Assembly (NCBI GenBank): GCA_965205855.1 | Contig: OZ242184.1 | Coordinates: forward strand, 32,001-96,000 | Length of the DNA stretch: 64,000 nt | Direction: 5' to 3' | Origin: Thermodesulfobacteriota bacterium | GTDB lineage: Bacteria; Desulfobacterota_D; UBA1144; Nemesobacterales; Mycalebacteriaceae | Shown here: positions 8,849 to 18,176 of the stretch, in pieces | Position numbering within the stretch: the stretch's first letter is position 1 | Layout: every line of letters begins with the position of its first letter | Made by a program: the position numbers and the translations under genes | Notes under the pieces: model-generated | Told to the model about the DNA's origin: nothing | Database searches by the model: none | The model's input: the letters and a program-made list of their open reading frames with translations, nothing else

Positions 8849-10255
8849 TTATCCCGCGCGGCAACTTTCAAGAATATCCATGACCGTCCCTTCAAGCAGT
8901 ATTCTAAGGTGCTTTTTCCCCTTTACCGCTTTGTGGGAATCACTCAGCGCCACTCCACCGGCCCAGATTATATCGCCCTTGTGAGTAAATACCGGTAACT
9001 GCTTTCTCAAAAAAAACGGTATTTTTCTGTTAACAAAGATGGATTTTAGTTTCTTTTTTCCTTTCATACCGAGCGGAATCGTTCTGTCTCCGGGCCTGAA
9101 ATTTCTGACTTCAATCGGAAAACCGGTTCTTTCAAGAGAAAAATGCCCGACATTTTGCCTACCCCACAGGGATGTATCGGCGGTTTTTTCAAAATGCGTC
9201 CGAATGCCGTCCGGAAGTTCGTGCATTCCTTCTTTTGTTACGGTCAGTTTGTAGTCGCCCGAAGAAGAGCTCCCGCGGCTCAGACGGAAAATATCGTAGC
9301 CTTTTTCCATTGTTACACCGCAAGGAAGACTCACCGCGCCGGAGGTTTTACCCGAAACCAAAAGAGTGTCCATTGCTTCCAGATGTGAAAACTCAAGTCT
9401 TTCAAGACCGCCCTTGATCGTTGAATACGCCGTCCTTAAAACCTCCGACCTCACGGCCTTGTGAAAACACGCGTATCCAGAAACCGACCCGACCGCAAAT
9501 CCGGCCGGGTTACCGTGAAAAAAAATCCGGTCAAAAGCGTCTACGGCTTGCAGCGATATGTATGAAGACTGCTGGCCGGCGGTGTCGGCAAGACGGTTGA
9601 GCGCGGAATTTATCTGCGGGTTGAATTTTTCAAGTAACGGAACAAGCGTCTTCCGGATTCTGTTTCTTGTAAAAACTGTTGACTCATTGCTGGTATCTTC
9701 AACCCATTTTTCATCTTTGTTTTTTATGTATTCGCCAACCTCTTTCCGCGAAATCATGACAAAGGGCCTTATCAAGTTGCCGGAACGCGGTTTTATTGAC
9801 GAAATTCCAAGCGTCCCGCTTCCTCTCAGAACTCTCATTAAAACCGTCTCGGCTCTGTCATCCATTGTGTGGGCGGTCGCGATTCTGTCCGCTCCGTTTT
9901 TTTCACAAACTTCGCGAAAAAAAGCGTACCTGAGTTCTCTTGCGCCTTGCTCTATCGAAAGCCTGTTGCGCTTTGAGAATGTTTTCGTATCTTCGGAGCG
10001 TATCTCAAACGGCAGACCTTTTTTTTCGCAAAGCGCGGCGACAAAATCGGCGTCACGCAGGGACTCACGCCCGCGCAGGCAGTGGTTGAAATGGCAAACA
10101 AAAATTTCGGGAGCATATTCCTCAAGTTCTCTCAGAGCCAGAAGAAGCGCGACTGAGTCCATGCCGCCAGAAACGCCCACAATCACCTTCATGCCGGGGC
10201 GGGGCAGCATATCAAAATCTCTGATGGCAACCCTGATTTTGTCTTGAAGGCTCAA
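8849..10255 (-). CDS. tilS: tRNA(Ile)-lysidine synthase
   Basis: VGVSGGMDS PP-loop, ARELRY, TAHTMDDRAETVLMR, RNRIR. Confidence 0.96.
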   Translation of the reverse strand: MSLQDKIRVAIRDFDMLPRPGMKVIVGVSGGMDSVALLLALRELEEYAPEIFVCHFNHCLRGRESLRDADFVAALCEKKGLPFEIRSEDTKTFSKRNRLSIEQGARELRYAFFREVCEKNGADRIATAHTMDDRAETVLMRVLRGSGTLGISSIKPRSGNLIRPFVMISRKEVGEYIKNKDEKWVEDTSNESTVFTRNRIRKTLVPLLEKFNPQINSALNRLADTAGQQSSYISLQAVDAFDRIFFHGNPAGFAVGSVSGYACFHKAVRSEVLRTAYSTIKGGLERLEFSHLEAMDTLLVSGKTSGAVSLPCGVTMEKGYDIFRLSRGSSSSGDYKLTVTKEGMHELPDGIRTHFEKTADTSLWGRQNVGHFSLERTGFPIEVRNFRPGDRTIPLGMKGKKKLKSIFVNRKIPFFLRKQLPVFTHKGDIIWAGGVALSDSHKAVKGKKHLRILLEGTVMDILESCRAG

Positions 10256-10899
10256 TCTTTTGACGCGGCCAGCCCGCCGGAAATAATTACATTAAAAGCG
10301 TGCTCAACGGACATGGGAATTTCCCTCACTTTGGACTCCGGAACCATCACATAAAAACCGCTTGTGGGATTTGGAGTTGTGGGCAGAAAAATATTCACAA
10401 GGGTTTCGTCAAGAATGTTATGTCCTTGTCCAGGCTTCATTTTGTTCATAAGAAAACCTATCGCGTAGACTCCCTCCTTAGGGTACTCAAAAATCACAAC
10501 TCTTCTGTTTTGCTCCTCTCCAGAACCTGCTGTGAAGAAAAGCGTTTTTAATATCTGTTTTGAGGCGTTGTAAGCGGTTCTGACAAGTGGAATTGTAAGT
10601 ATTATGGACTCAACAAAACTCACAAGCCGGTTGCCTATTATATTTCTCGCCGTGTATCCGGTGAGAACGACAAGAAAAACCGTACAGAAAACCCCTATTG
10701 AGAAAGAAATAAGTTTGAAGACCCAGTCGGGAAAAGAGTAGTTGTAAATTGAATTTTCAAGCACCATTGCCGGCACGGCGCTGACAAGCGAGTATATCCA
10801 GAGTGAAACTTTGTAAGTAAAAAAAAGCGACAACCCAAACGGAACAATGACCACCAGCCCCGTCAGAAAACCCGCTCTAATCCAGTTAACTAAACGCAT
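10252..10899 (-). CDS. DUF502 family membrane protein
   Basis: EYPKEGVYAIGF, FLPTTPNPTSGF, ISGG. Start moved to ATG 10899. Confidence 0.88.
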   Translation of the reverse strand: MRLVNWIRAGFLTGLVVIVPFGLSLFFTYKVSLWIYSLVSAVPAMVLENSIYNYSFPDWVFKLISFSIGVFCTVFLVVLTGYTARNIIGNRLVSFVESIILTIPLVRTAYNASKQILKTLFFTAGSGEEQNRRVVIFEYPKEGVYAIGFLMNKMKPGQGHNILDETLVNIFLPTTPNPTSGFYVMVPESKVREIPMSVEHAFNVIISGGLAASKD

Positions 10900-10900
10900 A

Positions 10901-11200
10901 TCAGTCGGGTTTGGAAACCTTGGAACCAGCTGCCGTACGCAAAATCCTGCTGGATTTAAAAACAACCTCATTTCTTGAGGGAATTTCCACTACCTCCCCA
11001 GTGGAAGGATTTCTCCCTTTTCTGGGCTTTCTTTTTTTTACATAAAGGCTCCCAAAACGCGGCAGTTTCACAGAATTGCCTTTTTTCAGGGAGTTTTTTA
11101 CGGTGTCAAAAAAATAGTCCACAATATCGGCGGCTTCTCTTTTTGAAAACCCCAGTTTTGTGTTTATCGGGTCCGCCAGGTCTTTTTTTGTTATAGCCAT
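10901..11200 (-). CDS. ihfA: Integration host factor alpha subunit
   Basis: HU/IHF fold (VKLPRFG, RKGRNPSTGE) at the usual position after pheT. Confidence 0.9.
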   Translation of the reverse strand: MAITKKDLADPINTKLGFSKREAADIVDYFFDTVKNSLKKGNSVKLPRFGSLYVKKRKPRKGRNPSTGEVVEIPSRNEVVFKSSRILRTAAGSKVSKPD

Positions 11201-11206
11201 TGTTTT

Positions 11207-13639
11207 TTATCTGGTTGTGGCTCCGAAAGTGTCTCCGAGAACGCGAACGGCTTTTTCACGAACCGTGTTCGCTTCCTCGTCGGTAAGGGTTTTTTCCGAA
11301 GACCTTAAAAGCATTGAAATTCCCACGCTTTTCATATTTTTACCTATGGACTCATCCTCAAAAAGGTCAAAAATCCAAACATCCTCAACAAGAGGACTTG
11401 TCTCTTTAACTCCCGATATTATACTGCCGATTTCAAGGTCTCTGTCCACAAGAAAGGCCACATCGCGCCTTACCGGGGGAAATTTGGGGAACGGAGAAAA
11501 AACAGGATTTCCACCCGCCGCGCAAACGCGGAGTTTCTCAAATTTGAGTTCAAGCGCGACAATGCGTTTCGCATCAAAATCAAATCCGCATGCCGTCCGA
11601 GGATGTATTTCCCCTATGTCTCCGAGCTCCGTTCCGTCCTTGAAAACAATCCGCGCGCTTTTTCCTGGATGAAAATAACCTTTGTCCGAGCCGGAAAGGA
11701 AATCAACCGCACCGGCAAAAGAATCGCCGCCGGGGAAAACCCCAAGGGCCTTTTCAACAAGACCCTTCATATCAAAAAAATCAAAATCCCCCGCGTCCCA
11801 CAATTCACTTGCACCTTCGCCTGCGGCAATCGCGGAAAAAACCCTTTCCTCTCCGGGCAACTGTCCTTCGCCCTTGTGGTAGAAAATCTTGCCGAGCTCA
11901 AAAAGCCTCACATCCGCGCGTTGTCTGGAAAGATTGAATCTCAGGTTCCTAATTAAACCCGCGAGAAGGGTTCCTCTCATTGCCGAAAGCTCCTTTGATA
12001 TGGGGTTGAGAACCTCAACCATCCCGCCCGAGTCAAACATCCGTAAAATATCGGGACTGTCAAACCCGTAGTTCACCGCCTCTGAAAAACCGTTAAGAAT
12101 AAAGACATTTTTCATTGAGTCTTCCGCATCGCCACCGTGGTCGGTTTTCAGCACGCTCATGCCGAATTTCGGCTCGGTTTTTGGTATGTTGTTGTATCCG
12201 ACAAGACGGGCAATTTCCTCGGTAATATCGGCGGGCCGTGAAATGTCGGTCCTGAAAGAGGGAACTTTGAGGGACAGAACATCGTCTCCGCAATCCGACA
12301 CCTCAAAACCCAGAGAGACCAACATTCTTTCGGCTTCCCGCCTTCCGACACCGATTCCGAGAAAATTTCCGGTTTTTTCAAGCGAAATATCAACCTCGCG
12401 CGGTTTTATCTCAACCGGATAGACATCGGTGAATCCTCTCATATCCAGACCGCCCGCGATTGATTTTATAAGAGATGCCGCCCTTTGAAGAGCCACGGGA
12501 GCAAGAGAAGGGTCAACGCCTCTTTCAAACCTGTAAGAAGATTCCGATGACAACTTCAGGCGTTTGGAAGCACGCCTTATAACCGCCGGATTGAAGCACG
12601 CCGCTTCAAGCAGAACATTTTTTGTCGCTTCGCTCACCCCGGAAGTTTCACCGCCCATTATGCCGGCAATTGCGACCGGCGCGTCCGAATCCGCTATGAC
12701 AAGATCGGCCGGTTTCAATTGATACGCTTTGGAGTCAAGAGCCTTGACGGACTCTTCCTGCGCAGCATTCCTGACCGTCAGACACCCACCCTTGAGAAGG
12801 TCGCGGTCAAATGCGTGAAGGGGTTGACCGAACTCAAGAAGAACAAGGTTTGTAACATCCACAATGTTATTAACCGGCTTGATTCCGCACGCGGAAAGCC
12901 GCGCCCTGAGCCACAACGGCGATTGCCCAACTTCAACTCCGTTCACAACTCCGCAACAGTAGCGAAGACATGCGTCTTTGTTCTCAATCCGCGCCGTAAC
13001 CGCCTTTTCATCGGGTTCGGGGTCAGGTCTTTTAACACCGCCCGGTTTAAGAACGCCGGGAACTTTAAGCATTCTGCCAGTCGCAACGGCGATTTCCCGC
13101 GCAATCCCCAAAATACCCAGACAATCCGGTCTGTTCGGCGTAACGGCCACTTCAATAACAACATCTTCAACGCCGGGAATATCCCCAAGCGGTGTCCCCG
13201 GCGCAACCAAGTCCGGCAGTATCATAATTCCTTCGGATTTGGCGATGGAGATTCCAATCTCTTCTTCGGCGCAAAGCATACCGCCAGACTCGTATCCCCG
13301 TATTTTGGCGCGTTTTATCGTCATCCCTTCCGGAAACACAGGAGTTTTCGGCAACACCGCGCCCGGAAGCGCAAGCACGGCGATGTCTCCGGCCTTCATG
13401 TTTGATGCGCCGCAGACAATTTTATGAATATTTTTCCCGTCCGTAACAGAGCAAAGAGACAAACGGTCAGCGTTCGGGTGTGGTGTTATATCTTCTATCC
13501 GAACTGCGACAACGCCGGACGGAGCAAGAAATGAAATTGACTCCGTCTCAAGGCCCGCCATTGTGAGCGTTTCACCCAACTCGGCGGGAGAAAGATCAAA
13601 ATCCACATATTCTTTCAGCCATTTTACAGTTGCTCTCAT
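11207..13639 (-). CDS. pheT: Phenylalanine--tRNA ligase beta subunit
   Basis: HPNADRL, TPNRPDCL, GQPLHAFD, RFERGVD, C-terminal FDX-ACB domain. Confidence 0.98.
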   Translation of the reverse strand: MRATVKWLKEYVDFDLSPAELGETLTMAGLETESISFLAPSGVVAVRIEDITPHPNADRLSLCSVTDGKNIHKIVCGASNMKAGDIAVLALPGAVLPKTPVFPEGMTIKRAKIRGYESGGMLCAEEEIGISIAKSEGIMILPDLVAPGTPLGDIPGVEDVVIEVAVTPNRPDCLGILGIAREIAVATGRMLKVPGVLKPGGVKRPDPEPDEKAVTARIENKDACLRYCCGVVNGVEVGQSPLWLRARLSACGIKPVNNIVDVTNLVLLEFGQPLHAFDRDLLKGGCLTVRNAAQEESVKALDSKAYQLKPADLVIADSDAPVAIAGIMGGETSGVSEATKNVLLEAACFNPAVIRRASKRLKLSSESSYRFERGVDPSLAPVALQRAASLIKSIAGGLDMRGFTDVYPVEIKPREVDISLEKTGNFLGIGVGRREAERMLVSLGFEVSDCGDDVLSLKVPSFRTDISRPADITEEIARLVGYNNIPKTEPKFGMSVLKTDHGGDAEDSMKNVFILNGFSEAVNYGFDSPDILRMFDSGGMVEVLNPISKELSAMRGTLLAGLIRNLRFNLSRQRADVRLFELGKIFYHKGEGQLPGEERVFSAIAAGEGASELWDAGDFDFFDMKGLVEKALGVFPGGDSFAGAVDFLSGSDKGYFHPGKSARIVFKDGTELGDIGEIHPRTACGFDFDAKRIVALELKFEKLRVCAAGGNPVFSPFPKFPPVRRDVAFLVDRDLEIGSIISGVKETSPLVEDVWIFDLFEDESIGKNMKSVGISMLLRSSEKTLTDEEANTVREKAVRVLGDTFGATTR

Positions 13640-13710
13640 ATAAAAAACCCTCGCAGGACGGTTATTATTGTAAAATAATTGGAATATAAATCAAACCACG
13701 GACGGCACTT

Positions 13711-14877
13711 ATGACAAAGAGGAATCGGCGTTCGGAAAGCGCCGTGCCTGAAAACGAACTGTCGCGCGCGGTTGCGGACGAAATATGCAAACGCGGCGCA
13801 ATCACCTTTGAACGCTTTATGGAAAGGGCTCTTTACGACAAGGGGTTCGGATATTACTCAAGTGGCGCGGCGGAAATCGGAAAAAAAGGGGATTTTTACA
13901 CAAGTCCGGCGGCGCATCGGGCTTTCGGGGAAACACTTGCGCGGCTCATAGGAGTTTTGAGAAAACATATTGACTCGGCTTTGTACGCGGAAAAAATGAC
14001 CGTTCTGGAAGTCGGCGGCGGAAACGGCGGACTTGCGCTTGATATTCTCTCCGCTCTTGCAAAAACCGACCCCGATGCTTACAACTCCGTCGAATACATA
14101 ATTGTTGACCGTGCGAAACCGCGAAAATGCGTAGTCTCGGGCAAGCACTCAAACTTCCGCAGAGTGGAGAGTTTTTCCGATATTGGAAAACAGATAAGCG
14201 GAATTGTCCTTTCAAATGAGTTGTTTGACGCTCTCGCGTTTCACCGGCTTGTGTTCAGAAACGGACGCATAAGGGAGATTTGCGTCTCAAAATCTGAAGA
14301 CGGATTTATTGATATCGAAACCGCTCCTTCAAAGGACAAGCTGGTTAAATACTTTGACAGATGCGGCGGTGTGGAAAAAATGGGTTTTGCCGAGGGGCAA
14401 CGGTTTGAGGTTTCAACCTCTGCGGCGAAAATGCTCAAACAGATGTCCAGAATACTGAAAAAGGGCGTGATTCTTATAATAGACTACGGGTTTCAAACGG
14501 ATGAGCTGTTCAGCCCAGACAGAATGGCGGGAACCTTCAAATGCGTTTCGAGCCACCAGATAAACGAATCCCCCTATGAAAACATAGGAAAACAGGACAT
14601 TACAGCGCATGTTGATTTCGGAAACCTTGAAAAAACCGGCGAGGTGTCAGGTCTTGAAACCTTGAAATACACAACACAGGGGCAGTTTCTTGTTGACTGG
14701 GGAATAATGGAGATAGCCGAGCGCAATCCAGACGACATATTCGCGATTAAAAACCTGTTTATGCCCGGAATGATGGGCGACCGCTTTCGGGTTCTGATGC
14801 AGATAAAAAACGCCAGAAAACTGAAAAACGGGTTTTACCCCGAAAGTCCGGTCAGAATTTCGTTCGGAGTGAGTTAG
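13711..14877 (+). CDS. SAM-dependent methyltransferase, MidA/NDUFAF7 family
   Basis: GDFYTSP, EVGGGNG, SNELFDAL, IDYG, QDITAHVDF. Confidence 0.92.
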   Translation: MTKRNRRSESAVPENELSRAVADEICKRGAITFERFMERALYDKGFGYYSSGAAEIGKKGDFYTSPAAHRAFGETLARLIGVLRKHIDSALYAEKMTVLEVGGGNGGLALDILSALAKTDPDAYNSVEYIIVDRAKPRKCVVSGKHSNFRRVESFSDIGKQISGIVLSNELFDALAFHRLVFRNGRIREICVSKSEDGFIDIETAPSKDKLVKYFDRCGGVEKMGFAEGQRFEVSTSAAKMLKQMSRILKKGVILIIDYGFQTDELFSPDRMAGTFKCVSSHQINESPYENIGKQDITAHVDFGNLEKTGEVSGLETLKYTTQGQFLVDWGIMEIAERNPDDIFAIKNLFMPGMMGDRFRVLMQIKNARKLKNGFYPESPVRISFGVS

Positions 14878-15011
14878 TCCGCAATGTATAATTTCCAACG
14901 GTTTTAACTTCAAATCAATTTGAGAAAAAATATACGGATAAAAGACACACTTGACACCTGACCCTCTGCCGTTACAGTAAATCTCATACTAAAACTGCGA
15001 GGTGAAGACTG

Positions 15012-15695
15012 ATGGCGGATTCAATCTACAAAAACAACATCGGCCCCGAAATGGGCAAATTTAAAGATGCAAACTCTGAGTTGTTTAACTCATGGATGGC
15101 TTATCACGATAGTGTTTTTACCGACGGCGCTCTCTCTGTAAAAGAAAAACAACTGGTTGCGCTTGCCGTTGCGCACATCACATCATGCCCTTATTGCATA
15201 CGCTCACGCGCCGCCGCTTCAATGAAAGCCGGAGCGACAGAGCAGGAGATTGTTGAGGTAATCTATGTCGCAATGCGTCTCGCAATGGGAGCGCCATACG
15301 CCTTTTCAAGCATAGCGTTTGAGGCGTGGGACCACCTTGAGGCGGGAGTTCCGCTCAGCGAAGGGCATTTTTTCAAGAAAAACATCGCCCATGAGATTAG
15401 CTGTTTCAAAGAGGAAAGCGGCGACATAGCGGACCAGTTCGGCAAATTTCACAAAAAGACCTTTGAAGACGGTGCGCTTACAAAGAAATTCAAGCGCGGC
15501 ATTGTTGCCACCGCTTGCGCGCTTGTAACAAAATGCCCTTACTGCATAAGGTCCTGCGTAAAAGACGGCAAAGCGGACGGAGTTACATCCAAAGAGATAG
15601 CCGAAACCATCAATGTGGCGATGGTTATGGCCGCAGGGGCTTGCTGGGCGCATTCTTCCATAGCAATGGAGGCGGTTGCGGCGGCAAAAAAATGA
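15012..15695 (+). CDS. Carboxymuconolactone decarboxylase/AhpD-like protein with two tandem domains
   Basis: Two repeats of DGAL...K...A...CPYCIRS...G.T..EI.E.I.VAM. Confidence 0.85.
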   Translation: MADSIYKNNIGPEMGKFKDANSELFNSWMAYHDSVFTDGALSVKEKQLVALAVAHITSCPYCIRSRAAASMKAGATEQEIVEVIYVAMRLAMGAPYAFSSIAFEAWDHLEAGVPLSEGHFFKKNIAHEISCFKEESGDIADQFGKFHKKTFEDGALTKKFKRGIVATACALVTKCPYCIRSCVKDGKADGVTSKEIAETINVAMVMAAGACWAHSSIAMEAVAAAKK

Positions 15696-15722
15696 CCGCA
15701 AGCGCCGTTTGACAACCCCGCA

Positions 15723-17096
15723 ATGGCGGGCGAAACCATATCAGCAATAGCAACGCCGCCCGGAAAGGGCGGCATTTGCGTTATACGAATAAGCGGAGAG
15801 AACACCCTTTCCGTAATAACCAAGCTCTTTATGTTTCACGGGAAACATCGGGAATTTAAGCCGCGGATGCTGTATACCGGAAACATTGCCGATCCTGCGG
15901 ATAAAACCGTTGTGGACAGCGCAATGTGCGTTTTTATGAAATCCCCGAGCTCATACACGGGAGAAGACTACGCCGAAATTCATTGTCACGGAGGGCTTGC
16001 CTGCTCCGCGGCAATTATGGACCTGACACTGAAACACGGTTGTAGAACCGCAAATCCGGGAGAATTTACGCAAAGGTCGTTTCTTAACGGCAAGATGGAT
16101 CTCTCCCAAGCTCAGGCTGTCGCAGATATAATAAACGCACAGACCGGACTTGGACTCAAACAGGCGGGTTTGCAGCTTGCGGGCGGGCTTTCGGACAAAA
16201 TCAACAGCGAAAAAGCGCAGTTGCTTGAACTGCTTGCCGAGATTGAAGCGCGAATAGATTTTCCCGAAGAAAAGACAGGCAAAGTTAAGAACAAAGCAAT
16301 GAGAAAAACCGCTCAAGATGTGGGCGAAAACTTCAAATCGCTACTTTCCACATATACAACAGGACATTTGATACGAGAAGGCGCAAGCATAGCCATAACC
16401 GGAAGACCGAATGTTGGAAAATCAAGTCTTATGAACTCTCTGCTCGGAAGAAAGCGTTCCATAACAAGCCACGAACCCGGAACGACAAGAGACTACATTG
16501 AGGAACAGTCTTCAATAGGTGGCATAGCGGTACGTTTTACCGACACTGCGGGAATCAGGGAAGCTGAAAGTGAGGCCGAAAAAACGGGAATAGATATGGC
16601 TCGCGACAAGGCGCTCGGTGCGGATATACGGATTTTGGTTGTTGACGGAAGCGTTCCGGCTTGTGTAGAAGACATAAAAACAGTTAAAAACGCTTTGGAA
16701 AACACAGTGCTGGCGGTCAACAAGGCGGATTTGGGCAAATACGCGATAAAAGCCTTTCTGGAGAGATTTCCAAAAGAAAAGACCGTTTCCACATCGGCAA
16801 AAACAGGCGAAGGTATAAAAGAACTGAAAAAAACAATAGGCACAATCCTCATGTCAGACTCCCGACCCATAGAAAGCAACGAAGCCGTACTAACGGGGAT
16901 ACGGCAGAAAAAAGCGGTTGAAAAGGCGCTTGACGCAATCAACATCTTCCTCGAGCTTCTCAAAGACGAAGAATCGCCTGAAATACTGTCAATAAAGGTC
17001 AGAGAAGCAATGGATGCTCTCGGGGAAATAACCGGAGAGACCACAACGGAAGAACTGCTTGGCGTTATTTTCGGAAAGTTTTGCATCGGAAAGTAG
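15723..17096 (+). CDS. mnmE: tRNA modification GTPase MnmE
   Basis: TISAIATPPG, GRPNVGKSS, GTTRD, DTAG, NKAD, C-terminal FCIGK. Confidence 0.98.
   Translation: MAGETISAIATPPGKGGICVIRISGENTLSVITKLFMFHGKHREFKPRMLYTGNIADPADKTVVDSAMCVFMKSPSSYTGEDYAEIHCHGGLACSAAIMDLTLKHGCRTANPGEFTQRSFLNGKMDLSQAQAVADIINAQTGLGLKQAGLQLAGGLSDKINSEKAQLLELLAEIEARIDFPEEKTGKVKNKAMRKTAQDVGENFKSLLSTYTTGHLIREGASIAITGRPNVGKSSLMNSLLGRKRSITSHEPGTTRDYIEEQSSIGGIAVRFTDTAGIREAESEAEKTGIDMARDKALGADIRILVVDGSVPACVEDIKTVKNALENTVLAVNKADLGKYAIKAFLERFPKEKTVSTSAKTGEGIKELKKTIGTILMSDSRPIESNEAVLTGIRQKKAVEKALDAINIFLELLKDEESPEILSIKVREAMDALGEITGETTTEELLGVIFGKFCIGK
15832..15847. promoter_or_regulatory. parS centromere-like site inside mnmE
   Basis: TGTTTCACGGGAAACA matches the canonical TGTTTCACGTGAAACA at 15 of 16 positions. 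Confidence 0.75.
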
Positions 17097-17112
17097 GTTG
17101 TTTTACAAATGG

Positions 17113-17298
17113 TGTTTCATGTGGAAAATTGGGTACTTCTCTATACAAGTATCCCAACGTTTTTTGAATCTTGTGGATGGACACGGCTTATCTCTGGTTG
17201 TATCCACAAATTTTTTAAGATATTCACTCTCAAATAATCAATAATCCCTCTCTAGTAGAATTGAAGTTTTCCACACTTTCCACAAAGTTGTGGAAAAC
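17113..17298. promoter_or_regulatory. DnaA-box-like cluster plus degenerate parS downstream of mnmE
   Basis: TGTGGAAAA 17120, TGTGGATGG 17172, GTATCCACA 17200, TTTTCCACA 17267, CTTTCCACA 17276, TGTGGAAAA 17290. parS-like TGTTTCATGTGGAAAA at 17113-17128. Confidence 0.7.
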
Positions 17299-17327
17299 AT
17301 TATTAAAAAGAAAGGGTCAAGTCTTGT

Positions 17328-18176
17328 TCATACCCATTTAAAATACTGATACAAAAGACTTTTCAAGATTTTATAAGAGTTTTGAACAGATGTTGAAAAA
17401 GTAAGGGTCATGTCTTGGATTTTCAACTTTTCCACAAGAGTCATTCCTTCCAAAGAGTTTGTGGCAAAAACAAAATCCGCCTGCATCATATCTTCGGGGC
17501 GGAAGAGGCGTTGTGATACCGCAAAGCCGTTTTCAGAGGCAATTTCAATCAGAGTTTCCCGTGTAATGCCCGGCAGTATTCCACAGCCCAGCGGCGGAGT
17601 GAAAATATCACCGTCTTTTCCCCAGAAGATATTGCGGCAGGTTGTTTCGGTAACAAAGCCGTCTGGGGTGAGGAAAAGGGTGTCGTCAAAATGTCTTTTT
17701 TTCGCCGCTCTCATTGCAAGCACATTTTCCAGATAATTGAGCGATTTAATTCCCGAAAGCGGAGAATAATTCCTTGAATATTCCATGCCGGAACAAATTA
17801 TTTTCAAATTTTGCTTCAATAATTGTTCGGATATTTCTGTTACGGAAATTATTGTTTGAAAAGAATCGGGTTCTGCGAAAAAAGGCGTGCAAGAACCGCC
17901 GGCAACCACACATAGTTTTACTGCGCAATCTTGAAACTCGCTTTTTTGCACAGCTTCGAAAATTTCTTCAGTTATTTTTTCGCCGTCCGGTTCGGGAATT
18001 TGAAGAACGGAAGCTCCGTGCAAAATTCTTTTTATGTGTTTTTTCAAACAAACGGGACAGGAGCCTTTCCATCTCATCGTTTCAAAAACTCCGTCTCCGT
18101 AGAAAATTCCCTTTAAAGAAATTCCCCCGATGTCGGAAATCTCTTTTCCTTTAATATAGACACGCTGATTTTTCAT
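17328..18176 (-). CDS. pabC: Class IV aminotransferase / 4-amino-4-deoxychorismate lyase-like
   Basis: YGDGVFETMR, IKSLNY, ILPGITR. Overlaps the pabB-like gene. Confidence 0.8.
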   Translation of the reverse strand: MKNQRVYIKGKEISDIGGISLKGIFYGDGVFETMRWKGSCPVCLKKHIKRILHGASVLQIPEPDGEKITEEIFEAVQKSEFQDCAVKLCVVAGGSCTPFFAEPDSFQTIISVTEISEQLLKQNLKIICSGMEYSRNYSPLSGIKSLNYLENVLAMRAAKKRHFDDTLFLTPDGFVTETTCRNIFWGKDGDIFTPPLGCGILPGITRETLIEIASENGFAVSQRLFRPEDMMQADFVFATNSLEGMTLVEKLKIQDMTLTFSTSVQNSYKILKSLLYQYFKWV

